Shown piece after piece: positions 34,107-42,752 of a stretch of 64,000 nucleotides of DNA (its first letter is position 1; the number at the start of each line of letters is the position of its first letter). The notes under the pieces were generated by a model. The model had not been told where the DNA came from and ran no database searches. It saw only the letters and a program-made list of their open reading frames with translations. Both the position numbers and the translations under genes were made by a program. Origin of the DNA: Smithellaceae bacterium (GTDB taxonomy: Bacteria > Desulfobacterota > Syntrophia > Syntrophales > Smithellaceae); contig OY821638.1 in NCBI GenBank assembly GCA_963682105.1, forward strand, positions 463,071-527,070. Direction: 5' to 3'.

Positions 34107-35410
34107 TATCTGCTCCAGTCAAGATCATCGGCGGAGGGCTGGCGGGCTGTGAAGCAGCCTGGCAGCTTTTGAAACACGGACATCCGGTTCATCTATTTGA
34201 GATGAAGCCACAGCGGTTTTCTCCAGCGCATAAATCGGAACATCTTGCCGAACTGGTCTGCAGCAATTCACTCAAATCCACCGATCCGACAAGCGCTCCG
34301 GGCGTATTGAAAAATGAGCTGCGCCGTCTGGACTCTGTGATTCTCAATATTGCGGATCAGACTGCTGTTGCCGCAGGATCTGCGCTGGCTGTGGATCGCA
34401 ACGAATTTGCCCGCCGGGTTGAAGAACGGTTGCTTAAGCAAAAAGGCTTTACCTTAAGCCGGATCGAAATCACTGAAATTCCCCGCGACGGTCTTGCCAT
34501 CATCGCCACAGGCCCTCTCACCTCCGACGCGCTTGCGCAATCCATTGTAAGGATACTTGGCGGTTCATACCTTTACTTCTATGACGCCATCGCACCCATT
34601 GTAGAAGCCGATTCCATCGATATGGAAATCGTTTACTGGGCGTCGCGATATGATAAGGGGACGCCGGATTATTTAAACTGCCCTTTGTCAGAAGATGAAT
34701 ATAAACGTTTCCGTCAGGAATTACTCTCCGGCGAAAAAGTCGCCGCAAAATCTTTTGAAGACGTCAAGCATTTTGAAGGCTGTCTCCCGATTGAAGTGCT
34801 GGCGGCGCGGGGAGAAGACACGCTGGCTTACGGGCCGATGAAACCGGTGGGACTGATCAATCCGAACACAGGCGCCAGGCCGTATGCAGTTGTTCAGCTT
34901 CGCCGTGAAAATGCCTCCGGCTCGCTTTTTAATCTGGTCGGCTTTCAAACCAAGCTCACATGGCCGGAACAGGAACGCATTTTCCGGATGATTCCGGGTC
35001 TTAAGAATGCTCAGTTTGCGCGATTGGGAAGCATCCATCGCAATACTTACATCCACTCCCCTTCCCTGCTTGCGCCTTCTTTGCAACTGAAATCCGATCC
35101 GGATATTTTTTTTGCCGGGCAAATCACAGGCGTTGAAGGATACATGGAGTCCACGGCGATGGGCCTTCTGGCCGGACTTAATGCATTGTCTCTTCTTGAA
35201 GGAAAAGCACTTGAACCGCCGCCGCCCGCCACAGCCATCGGCGCTCTTGTCCGCCACATTACAGCCCCTGATTCAGCATTGAATTTCCAGCCCATGAACA
35301 TCAACTTCGGTATTTTCGCCCCCCTTGCCGTAAGAAAGGTGAAGAAAAAAGAAAAGCATCTTTTATATGTCACACGCGCCGATCAGGCATTCTCCGCCTG
35401 GATGGTATGA
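34103..35410 (+). CDS. trmFO: Methylenetetrahydrofolate-tRNA-(uracil54-C5)-methyltransferase TrmFO
   Basis: FAD-binding N-terminus (VKIIGGGLAGCEAAWQL), 435 aa, ATGA overlap with topA. Confidence 0.9.
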   Translation: MISAPVKIIGGGLAGCEAAWQLLKHGHPVHLFEMKPQRFSPAHKSEHLAELVCSNSLKSTDPTSAPGVLKNELRRLDSVILNIADQTAVAAGSALAVDRNEFARRVEERLLKQKGFTLSRIEITEIPRDGLAIIATGPLTSDALAQSIVRILGGSYLYFYDAIAPIVEADSIDMEIVYWASRYDKGTPDYLNCPLSEDEYKRFRQELLSGEKVAAKSFEDVKHFEGCLPIEVLAARGEDTLAYGPMKPVGLINPNTGARPYAVVQLRRENASGSLFNLVGFQTKLTWPEQERIFRMIPGLKNAQFARLGSIHRNTYIHSPSLLAPSLQLKSDPDIFFAGQITGVEGYMESTAMGLLAGLNALSLLEGKALEPPPPATAIGALVRHITAPDSALNFQPMNINFGIFAPLAVRKVKKKEKHLLYVTRADQAFSAWMV

Positions 35411-35425
35411 ATTTTAAAGATAATC

Positions 35426-35480
35426 AAGAGGCATAACGATTTTATCACCATATTAGGTTATCGTTATGCCTCTTTTCTTT
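35426..35480. terminator. Bidirectional rho-independent terminator between the convergent trmFO and transglycosylase genes
   Basis: Perfect 15-bp inverted repeat AAGAGGCATAACGAT (35426..35440) / ATCGTTATGCCTCTT (35460..35474), followed by a T-rich run. Confidence 0.75.
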
Positions 35481-35489
35481 TCGCTAAAC

Positions 35490-36239
35490 TTAAGCACCTT
35501 TATAATACGAATTTACTTTAGCGACGTAGTCTAGCGTTTCCTGAGGAAGGTTATGCGGCCTCTTCTCCAGATTCCCCATGCCCCAATTATAAGCTGCAAG
35601 CGCCAGATCCACCTGTCCGTTGTATCGATTCAAGAGCATTTTCAGGTAACGGGCGCCGCCCATAATATTCTCGCGGGCATCATAAGCATTTTTTACTCCC
35701 AGTTCCCTGGCGGTATCAGGCATCAACTGCATTAACCCCATGGCGCCTTTCTGTGATGTTGCATTGGGATTTGAATTACTTTCCACTTTAACAACCGAAC
35801 GAATAAGGTTCGCCTCGACATCAAATTGGCTGGCCGCCTCCTGAATAATCTGTTCCAGGTTCTGATCAGTGCCAACCGGCATTTTTTTTGGCAATAACTG
35901 ACGATTATTTGACGCCTGGGTCCCATTTTCAGCAATATGACTCCCATACTTTTGAATAACCTGCGAAGCCAGATAATTTGCTTCCAGACCATTGTTGAAA
36001 ACGGTGTTGTATAACCTCGAATTCATTTGAATATGCAATGCACGGATTAAAAGAGTTAATTGTTCCTGAGTGATGGAAGAAAGAGCAGTCGCTGAAGATG
36101 CAACGCCCGGCGTACCTGATATCACGTTTTTCAAAATACTTTGGAAGTTGTTTCCGGATGGAACGGCTGACGCCAGGCCGGATGCCTCTCCCGCTTGCGC
36201 ACCCGTTATTTTCGACAGAGCGATATCCCGTGAAATCAT
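35490..36239 (-). CDS. Lytic transglycosylase (SLT domain)
   Basis: SLT signature VKVESNSNPNATSQKGAMGLMQLMPDTARELGV...AAYNWG. Confidence 0.9.
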   Translation of the reverse strand: MISRDIALSKITGAQAGEASGLASAVPSGNNFQSILKNVISGTPGVASSATALSSITQEQLTLLIRALHIQMNSRLYNTVFNNGLEANYLASQVIQKYGSHIAENGTQASNNRQLLPKKMPVGTDQNLEQIIQEAASQFDVEANLIRSVVKVESNSNPNATSQKGAMGLMQLMPDTARELGVKNAYDARENIMGGARYLKMLLNRYNGQVDLALAAYNWGMGNLEKRPHNLPQETLDYVAKVNSYYKGA

Positions 36240-36289
36240 ATCTCCTCCTTCATTCTGAAAGAGAAAATAATCAATTTTTATGCCAGATT

Positions 36290-37801
36290 TTAAAGTATCA
36301 GAAGGTAGGCGTCCACAACATTCGGGTCAAACTGGGTTCCTTTGTTGCGAACTAATTCTTCGATGGCTATTTCTTTGGACATGGCCAGACGATACGGACG
36401 GTTGTTGGTCATCGCATCATAGGAGTCCGCAACGGACAAGATTCTTGCCAGATAGGGTATATTTTCGCCTTTCAGGCCAAGCGGGTAACCATTTCCGTCC
36501 CATCTTTCATGATGACACTGGATAATCCTTCTTTCCTTATCGAGCAACATAATCGGTCGAACAATATTTTCTCCGATGGTGGAATGATTTTTGATAATCA
36601 TATATTCCTCATCGGTCAGTTTGCCCGGTTTTAGTAAGATGCTGTCCGGAACGGCAATTTTACCGACATCGTGCAGGACACCTGCAATCTTGAGACTTTC
36701 AATATCTTTAGCCATACAATTCAGGCTTATGGCCAGCCTGATGGCTTCATCTGTTACACGTTGTGAATGCTCTTCCGTATAATGATCCCGCGCCTGAATA
36801 GAAGAGATCAGCGATTTTAACGTATCCATTATATTGAAGTAGATACTCTCGTAGAGAATTTTATTCTCCAGATTCAGGGAAGCACGTTTGGTCAGGCTCA
36901 GTATGTGATGCAGGTCTTTTTTATTGAAAACCTCACGATTTCTCTTTTTTCGGATACTTAAGACACCAAGAATGGAATTACGGATCATCAAAGGCGCACA
37001 AATCAGTGAAGGCTCAATTTCCGGATGATCACTGGAATTGACTGATATTGCCTCTTTGCGTTCAATAACTTCATTATAAATGATACTGGCGGCCGGACTT
37101 TGTGTGTAGTTCTTGTATGGCCCGTCCGTGTTCCCTTTGACCACCTTCTCGTGAAATTCTTTATCCTGTTCATCAAAAAGTAAAATAGAACAGATTTCAC
37201 CATCGACGAGTTTCAGAGCCAGTTCGGCAATCTTGCTGAAAATAATATCATTGTCCATCGGAGAATCTTCGATGGAATCATAAATATAGCTTTGCTTGGA
37301 CAATTCAACTGTCTTGTCTTTAAGCCTGTCCGTTTCCAGAACATGCCAGAGACTTTCGCCGGTCAGCATCTCTTTCTGCTGTAAATGAAGACCGACCTTA
37401 AATAGAAGATCGTCAATATCGAAAGGTTTTGTGAGGAAGTCAACGGCACCTTGTTTGATCGCGCTGACGGTCAGATCGGTCGTCGGATTACCGGTGATCA
37501 TAATCACGGCGACATTGGGATTTTTCTCACGGAGCTGTTGCAGAAGATCCATGCCGCTCATACCGGGCATCATGATATCACTGATGACCAGATCAAAATC
37601 GTTTTCGTCAAAGAGATGAAGCGCTTCCAGGCCGTTTTCAGCCTCCATGATATGATATTTTGAGGATTGGCCGAGAGATTCTACAATCAGGCTCCGTGTA
37701 GGTAAATAATCATCCACAACGAGTATCTTTTTGAGATTATACCTGTTTTCCGGTTGAACGTGTGTCAACATTTCAGCATTCCGCTTGTGGATTTTTTGCA
37801 C
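36290..37801 (-). CDS. Response regulator with an HD-GYP c-di-GMP phosphodiesterase output domain (REC, GAF-like, HD-GYP)
   Basis: REC domain (ILVVDDYLPTR...DLVISDIMMPGMSGMDLL). HD-GYP domain (HSQRVT..GVLHDVGKIAVP..HHERWDGNGYPLGLKG). The track start is GTG; the ATG at 37771 is an alternative. Confidence 0.85.
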   Translation of the reverse strand: MQKIHKRNAEMLTHVQPENRYNLKKILVVDDYLPTRSLIVESLGQSSKYHIMEAENGLEALHLFDENDFDLVISDIMMPGMSGMDLLQQLREKNPNVAVIMITGNPTTDLTVSAIKQGAVDFLTKPFDIDDLLFKVGLHLQQKEMLTGESLWHVLETDRLKDKTVELSKQSYIYDSIEDSPMDNDIIFSKIAELALKLVDGEICSILLFDEQDKEFHEKVVKGNTDGPYKNYTQSPAASIIYNEVIERKEAISVNSSDHPEIEPSLICAPLMIRNSILGVLSIRKKRNREVFNKKDLHHILSLTKRASLNLENKILYESIYFNIMDTLKSLISSIQARDHYTEEHSQRVTDEAIRLAISLNCMAKDIESLKIAGVLHDVGKIAVPDSILLKPGKLTDEEYMIIKNHSTIGENIVRPIMLLDKERRIIQCHHERWDGNGYPLGLKGENIPYLARILSVADSYDAMTNNRPYRLAMSKEIAIEELVRNKGTQFDPNVVDAYLLIL

Positions 37802-37865
37802 TTACAACAAGTGTTTAATTTTATAAATTTTGGATAATAAAGACTTTATGACAAATCGTTCTGTT

Positions 37866-38081
37866 CTAAAGATCTCTGTCCTTCAGGATGACATCGCGAA
37901 GATTATAGCTGATTTTTTCCAGTTCTTCCGCTTTGTTTTCTTCATTTCCCGACAGGGATACAATATCCTTGTACTTACCGCCGGCATTATCTTCCTGAAG
38001 TTTTACAGGTGAGACCCTGACTTTACTTTGCCTTGTGTAGGCGTTTAGAACACTATGAACCTGATATGCCGTAATAGTCAT
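37866..38081 (-). CDS. Small protein downstream of csrA with a FlgM-like N-terminal pattern (71 aa)
   Basis: GGAG 7 nt upstream of the ATG. The N-terminus (VHSVLNAYTRQSK...DIVSLSGNEENKAEEL) resembles the N-terminal part of FlgM proteins by eye. It lacks the C-terminal sigma28-binding motif. Confidence 0.45.
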   Translation of the reverse strand: MTITAYQVHSVLNAYTRQSKVRVSPVKLQEDNAGGKYKDIVSLSGNEENKAEELEKISYNLRDVILKDRDL

Positions 38082-38200
38082 TCTTAGCTCCGCCGAAAAC
38101 CTTTCAGTCTTCTAATCGGCGAACCGATCATAAAACTTTAGGCAGAGCTTTCTTTTGCAAACAGAAGCAACTGATTTATAAAGTATTATTTATTAAAATA

Positions 38201-38380
38201 CTACTTCGGAGTGGACTGATTTTTGGGGTCGACAGGCGAAATTTCCTGTCTGTGTACCGCTAAAGACCGGGGCGCTTCAATTCCTACGCGAACATATTTC
38301 CCTTTTACATCCAGAATCGTTACTCGAATATCATCTCCAATCGTGATCGATTCCCCCTGCTTCCTTGTCAGAATAAGCAT
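38201..38380 (-). CDS. csrA: Carbon storage regulator CsrA
   Basis: Hand translation: [59 protein letters not shown] (59 aa, below the ORF-track cutoff). SD AAGGTG. Confidence 0.95.
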   Translation of the reverse strand: MLILTRKQGESITIGDDIRVTILDVKGKYVRVGIEAPRSLAVHRQEISPVDPKNQSTPK

Positions 38381-38419
38381 TTTACACCTTCATGATTCTT
38401 AAATATAAACCATTATCGT

Positions 38420-38428
38420 CATTATACC
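38420..38428 (-). promoter_or_regulatory. Candidate csrA promoter (extended -10 TGGTATAAT; overlaps a sigma28-like GACGATAA)
   Basis: Minus strand ..TAAAGATTGGTATAATGACGATAATGG.. about 40 nt upstream of the csrA ATG. The -35 is poor, and the sigma28 spacing is non-canonical (TAAA-N12). Confidence 0.3.
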
Positions 38429-38442
38429 AATCTTTAGAACTT

Positions 38443-38800
38443 ATTGTATGACGCCTCCATCACGACTAGTTTTATTTGAAACTCCTGTTGCGAGCTTCAT
38501 CAAATCAGCATTCCTTATATCGGCTAACATATTATTAATCTGTAGGACTGCTGAATTATAATTCCTGTTTGTTACTCCCATGGTTGTATTTAGCCCTCTC
38601 ATGGGCTTCATTCGGATACAGCCGTACCTTCTGTCAGGGACAGAGTGATTGCATCATTAAACTCCGTGTTCCTGTCAGCCTAGCCGTTCCATCAGCAGTT
38701 CATCACGATTCATATCAATTGTCAATGCCTCTGCTGTCGGTGTTCCAAAATTTGAGGATTAAGCTCCGAACGATGACATATGATGCCTAAGCTACCAGCA
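38443..38800 (-). pseudogene. Decayed copy of the 3' end of flgL / a flagellin-family C-terminal domain
   Basis: 38443..38640 aligns by eye with flgL 38938..39135 at roughly two-thirds identity. Translation gives ..RMKPMRGLNTTMGVTNRNYNSAVLQINNMLADIRNADLMKLAT, then a frameshift, then EFQIKLVVMEASYNKF*. Stop codons occur further upstream. No intact ORF of 60 aa or more on this strand. Confidence 0.6.
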
Positions 38801-38892
38801 GTCGCATCTCTTGTCAATACAATAGTATTGTTAAAAGTGAATGACATTTTGAAAGAATGGAAAGAGAATAATGCCCTTCATTGCCTCAGAAT

Positions 38893-41052
38893 TTAAATAT
38901 AATCCATGATCGACATTTTTCCAATCTGTGCAGCCATGTTGTATGACGCTTCCATCGCGATTTGTTTCATCTGAAATTCGGTAATGAGTTTGGTCAGATC
39001 AGCATTCTCTGCATCGCCTAACATATTCGTAATCTGCAGGTCCATCGAATCATGATTGCTGCTGGTCACTTTCATTGACTGCATTTTTGCCCCGGCCTGA
39101 GTTTCATATTGAAGCATTTGCGTTCCGACATCCTGCAAATTATCAATCTGAGCGTAAACCAAATCCATGGCGCGATCCTGGTCGGATTCCGAAAGTGCGG
39201 ATTTTAAAGCGTTCAATGTGGACAGTAAGTCAATGGATCCCGTTCCGCTGAAGGTCGTTGAAATTCCCCCGGACGTAAGACCGGCAGTCAGGGACAGATT
39301 AATGGTATCATCCTGACCCCATACTCCGGTTAAATCAATGACGATGTCATTATCGGGCGAACCGACCGTATAATCCGCGTCAATAGTAATCGTACTATCG
39401 GTTTGCGACGTAATCGCCATCGCGGGATATCCGGTTTTCGTTGTAATTTCCCACAGGCCGGTGCTTCCCTTGGTTAATGCAATTTTACCATTAGTGGTGA
39501 TGCCAACTGCCCCATCGATGACCGAGGCTGAGGCAAACTGTCCGGTAAAAGCTTCCGCGCCGGTGATGTTGTATGCCATATTGTTGTTTTTTCCGACGAC
39601 TGCATTCAATTTGTCGTCGTTGCCACGATAGTAACCGGCTGAATAACCATTGACGGTAAACGTATCATTGGCGCCGAAATTTCCACCGCCGGAAAACGTC
39701 ATTTGGATCCCATCGCCCAGTGTAAGCGTTGTCGCCGAAAGAGTTTGCGCCGATCCCCATGTTTTTCCACCGTCTGAAGAAACCTGATAAGTAGCCGCCC
39801 CCACTCCGCCGGCCGTCAGGAATTTGAGAACATAATTGTTATTCTCCGCGCCGGTATACGTTCCGGAAGCCGCAACAGCACCTGTAAAGGCATTGCTTGT
39901 CGCAGCGGAAGCGGCGCCAATTTCACCAGCCGGATGACCGCTGACTGCAAAACTGTCATTGGCGGTCAGATTACTTCCGTTTGCAAACGTCATAGTAACG
40001 CCGTCTCCCACACTGAGTGTTGCGGTTGAGGTTTGCGCAATGGTTCCAAAATTAAGTGAACTCCCCGTTGGATTGGCAACAGTGAGAGTCAAGTCCATTG
40101 AACTGGCGCCGGTTGTGCTATCCGTGACGGTGATTCTTCCCGTCGTGTCGACGGATGCTGTTGCTGTGGCGCCAAATGCAGTTTGAATCTGCGTCAGCAA
40201 ATCCTGCACAGTCTCAGTTGAGGTATCACTGATCACATAAGAGCCTGATACCGAAGCGCCACTGTGATCCGTTCCGGATATAGTGATGGTTGTGCCGTTT
40301 TGAACATTGGCGCCATCCACCGCATTCCAGAGAGTTGCGGATGTAATCGGAGCGTTACCCGAAGTCTGCGCTGTCGTTGCCTTAATGACTTTCGGCGGGA
40401 AGTCCTGCACACCTCCGGAAGCAACACCATCAACGTATAACTGATAAGTGGCCGTTAACAGATTCCCGGTGCCTGCGATCCTGACTTCATAATCACGATT
40501 TGCCGTTCCGGTATAGTAGCCGCCTGATGTTACGGTCCCGCTAAATGTATTTGTGGCTGCCGCTGAAGCATCACTGATTTTATCAGGCGTATAATTTATT
40601 GAAAAAGGCTTAATATCGGTAGCAGAACCGCCAAAGATATAGTTATCACCACTTTGTGCATTGAGTAAGGATAACGCCTCGTCAATCAAAGAATTCAACG
40701 TGGACAGGGATGTCGCCCGCGTTTCGGCGGACCCGCTGGCGCCGGACTCCGTTACGGCAATACTCAGTGCTTCGTCGACAATACTGCGAAGACCGGATAT
40801 ATTTGTTTCCGTCAGTTTCAGCCAGGAATTGGCATCCGTTATATTGCTCTGATATTGTTCAATAGAGGCAAGTATAGTACGATAGTCCAGAATGTTATTG
40901 GTCGCGATGGGATCATCGGACGGACGATTGACATTTTTTTGCGTGGACAGCTTTTCCATCAGTTCGCCGTATTGTCCCTGAATTTTGAACATGCTGTTCG
41001 TAATCATATTATATTTTATATTATCCGTTACCCGATTAATCATATCCGCCAC
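38893..41052 (-). CDS. flgL: Flagellar hook-associated protein 3 (FlgL), unusually long with a repeated central insertion
   Basis: The N-terminus (NRPSDDPIATNN..) and the flagellin-family C-terminus are conserved. 719 aa against about 300 aa for typical FlgL. Confidence 0.8.
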   Translation of the reverse strand: MADMINRVTDNIKYNMITNSMFKIQGQYGELMEKLSTQKNVNRPSDDPIATNNILDYRTILASIEQYQSNITDANSWLKLTETNISGLRSIVDEALSIAVTESGASGSAETRATSLSTLNSLIDEALSLLNAQSGDNYIFGGSATDIKPFSINYTPDKISDASAAATNTFSGTVTSGGYYTGTANRDYEVRIAGTGNLLTATYQLYVDGVASGGVQDFPPKVIKATTAQTSGNAPITSATLWNAVDGANVQNGTTITISGTDHSGASVSGSYVISDTSTETVQDLLTQIQTAFGATATASVDTTGRITVTDSTTGASSMDLTLTVANPTGSSLNFGTIAQTSTATLSVGDGVTMTFANGSNLTANDSFAVSGHPAGEIGAASAATSNAFTGAVAASGTYTGAENNNYVLKFLTAGGVGAATYQVSSDGGKTWGSAQTLSATTLTLGDGIQMTFSGGGNFGANDTFTVNGYSAGYYRGNDDKLNAVVGKNNNMAYNITGAEAFTGQFASASVIDGAVGITTNGKIALTKGSTGLWEITTKTGYPAMAITSQTDSTITIDADYTVGSPDNDIVIDLTGVWGQDDTINLSLTAGLTSGGISTTFSGTGSIDLLSTLNALKSALSESDQDRAMDLVYAQIDNLQDVGTQMLQYETQAGAKMQSMKVTSSNHDSMDLQITNMLGDAENADLTKLITEFQMKQIAMEASYNMAAQIGKMSIMDYI

Positions 41053-41060
41053 CTCTTTTG

Positions 41061-42749
41061 TTACTGCCCAAGATTAATTAACAAATCCATCATATCACTG
41101 ACGGTTTTTGTCATTCTGCCTGCCGCCCCGTAGGCCATTTGATATTTAATCAAATTGATCATCTCTTCATCCAGAGAAACACCTGAAAGCTGTTCTCTTT
41201 GATCGCTTTGCTGACTGAGAATCGCTGTTTCACTTTCCAATTGCTGGTTAACATTGACTATGTCCTGTCCCATATTGGATGTAAAAGCGCTGAAATATCC
41301 GTCGATGCTTGTTGTGCTGGTATCTTTAGTCAGGGCAAAACTTATCTGGTTGCCGTCAGACCAGGTTCCCTTTAAGTTCAGTGTTAAATCCGCATAATTA
41401 TCGTTGTTAAAATCCAACGTGATTTCCCTGTCGCTGCTCGTCAATATTTTGAGATCCGGGTATCCGCCATTCCCCGTCGAAGGCAGAGTCCAGACGCCGG
41501 CCGCCCGGGTAAGGGTAATATCCGTCGTCGTATTTTTATATAACTGACCAACGCTATTAATTTGTGCAGCAACAGTTGTTCCGGAAGGTTTAGAAATACT
41601 CCCGACAGAGGCATACATGGAGTCATTGATTATCGCTGTAATGTCCGAAGCATTATTGCCGTCGGCATTAACGGTGGATGATGCGGCGACTTTTCTTGCA
41701 TCTGCCACAATGTCGGTGTTGACTGCCATATATTTTGTTGAAGCATATTGGGTAGTTCCCGTCACCTCAAAAAAGACCTCTCCGGGATTGCCGTCCTGAT
41801 CATATCCGGAAACATGCAATTCATTGACCTTATTGATGATGCTGGAAGCGGTTTGATCCAATTGATCCAGATACGAGGGTATTTTACCATCTCTTACTTC
41901 CAGCAAGCCGGCAAGTGTACCGCCGGAAATCTGCTCATTGATGGCTTGAGAAGGATTCACCGAAAATACGATATCATACAGGCCCGTACTGGTGTTGCGC
42001 TGAACATCAAGCTCCCAACTGCTGGAGCCTTCAACAAGAGCTTTCCCATTGGAAGGAAGGGTAATGTATAACGCGCCGTCTTTATTCTCAATATAGTTTA
42101 TATCAATTAATCCACTTATTTTCTTTAATAATTCTGATCGCCTGTCTCTGAGTGTCGCGGAATTGCCGCCTGCGCTTTCGGTATAAACGATTTTTGAATT
42201 GTATTCCGCCATCTGTTTTAAATAGTCGTTTAACTGTGAAACATTATCGGCGATGCTTTCATCAGCAGCGGTTTGGATGCTCGTCAGTTCCTCTGCTCTT
42301 TGATTGAATATATAAGCCAGATTCTGTCCTGTTGAAACAACCTGATCCCTTTTGGCTTTGCTTGACGGATCTTCAGACAGACTTCCCCATGCATTAAGGA
42401 ATTTAGTTAATGCATCGTTAATGCCTCCTCCGTTGTTTTCATTTAAAACAGCTTCAACTCTCTGTAAATAATCTTTTTGCGCCGTATAATTCGCTACCGA
42501 GGATTGCTGTTCTACAAGTTGAGATTCCAGAAAACGATCATAGATCTGCTCGATATCAGCGATACGAACACCTGACTGTTCCTGTGCTGACATTGAACTC
42601 GTTGCTCCCACCGATTCAAAAACAGGACGCAACCTTGTATAACCGGGAGTATTTACGTTTGAAATATTTGATCCCGTGACATTGATTGCCGTCAGATTGC
42701 TCAGGATAGCTTCCTTGGCTGTATATAAAACTCGACCGATATCAGCCAT
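41061..42749 (-). CDS. flgK: Flagellar hook-associated protein 1 (FlgK)
   Basis: N-terminal rod/hook motif (NVTGSNISNVNTPGYTR). C-terminal EEMINLIKYQMAYGAAGRM. 562 aa. Confidence 0.9.
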   Translation of the reverse strand: MADIGRVLYTAKEAILSNLTAINVTGSNISNVNTPGYTRLRPVFESVGATSSMSAQEQSGVRIADIEQIYDRFLESQLVEQQSSVANYTAQKDYLQRVEAVLNENNGGGINDALTKFLNAWGSLSEDPSSKAKRDQVVSTGQNLAYIFNQRAEELTSIQTAADESIADNVSQLNDYLKQMAEYNSKIVYTESAGGNSATLRDRRSELLKKISGLIDINYIENKDGALYITLPSNGKALVEGSSSWELDVQRNTSTGLYDIVFSVNPSQAINEQISGGTLAGLLEVRDGKIPSYLDQLDQTASSIINKVNELHVSGYDQDGNPGEVFFEVTGTTQYASTKYMAVNTDIVADARKVAASSTVNADGNNASDITAIINDSMYASVGSISKPSGTTVAAQINSVGQLYKNTTTDITLTRAAGVWTLPSTGNGGYPDLKILTSSDREITLDFNNDNYADLTLNLKGTWSDGNQISFALTKDTSTTSIDGYFSAFTSNMGQDIVNVNQQLESETAILSQQSDQREQLSGVSLDEEMINLIKYQMAYGAAGRMTKTVSDMMDLLINLGQ

Positions 42750-42752
42750 TTT

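Noticed and set aside
38400-38892. The idea that the flgL-csrA interval is a CsrB-like sponge RNA rich in GGA motifs.
   Set aside because: I count about 10 GGA triplets in about 490 nt, close to random expectation (about 8). Few sit in an obvious hairpin-loop A(N)GGA context. This is not supported as a dedicated sponge; only the weaker leader/decoy possibility is retained.
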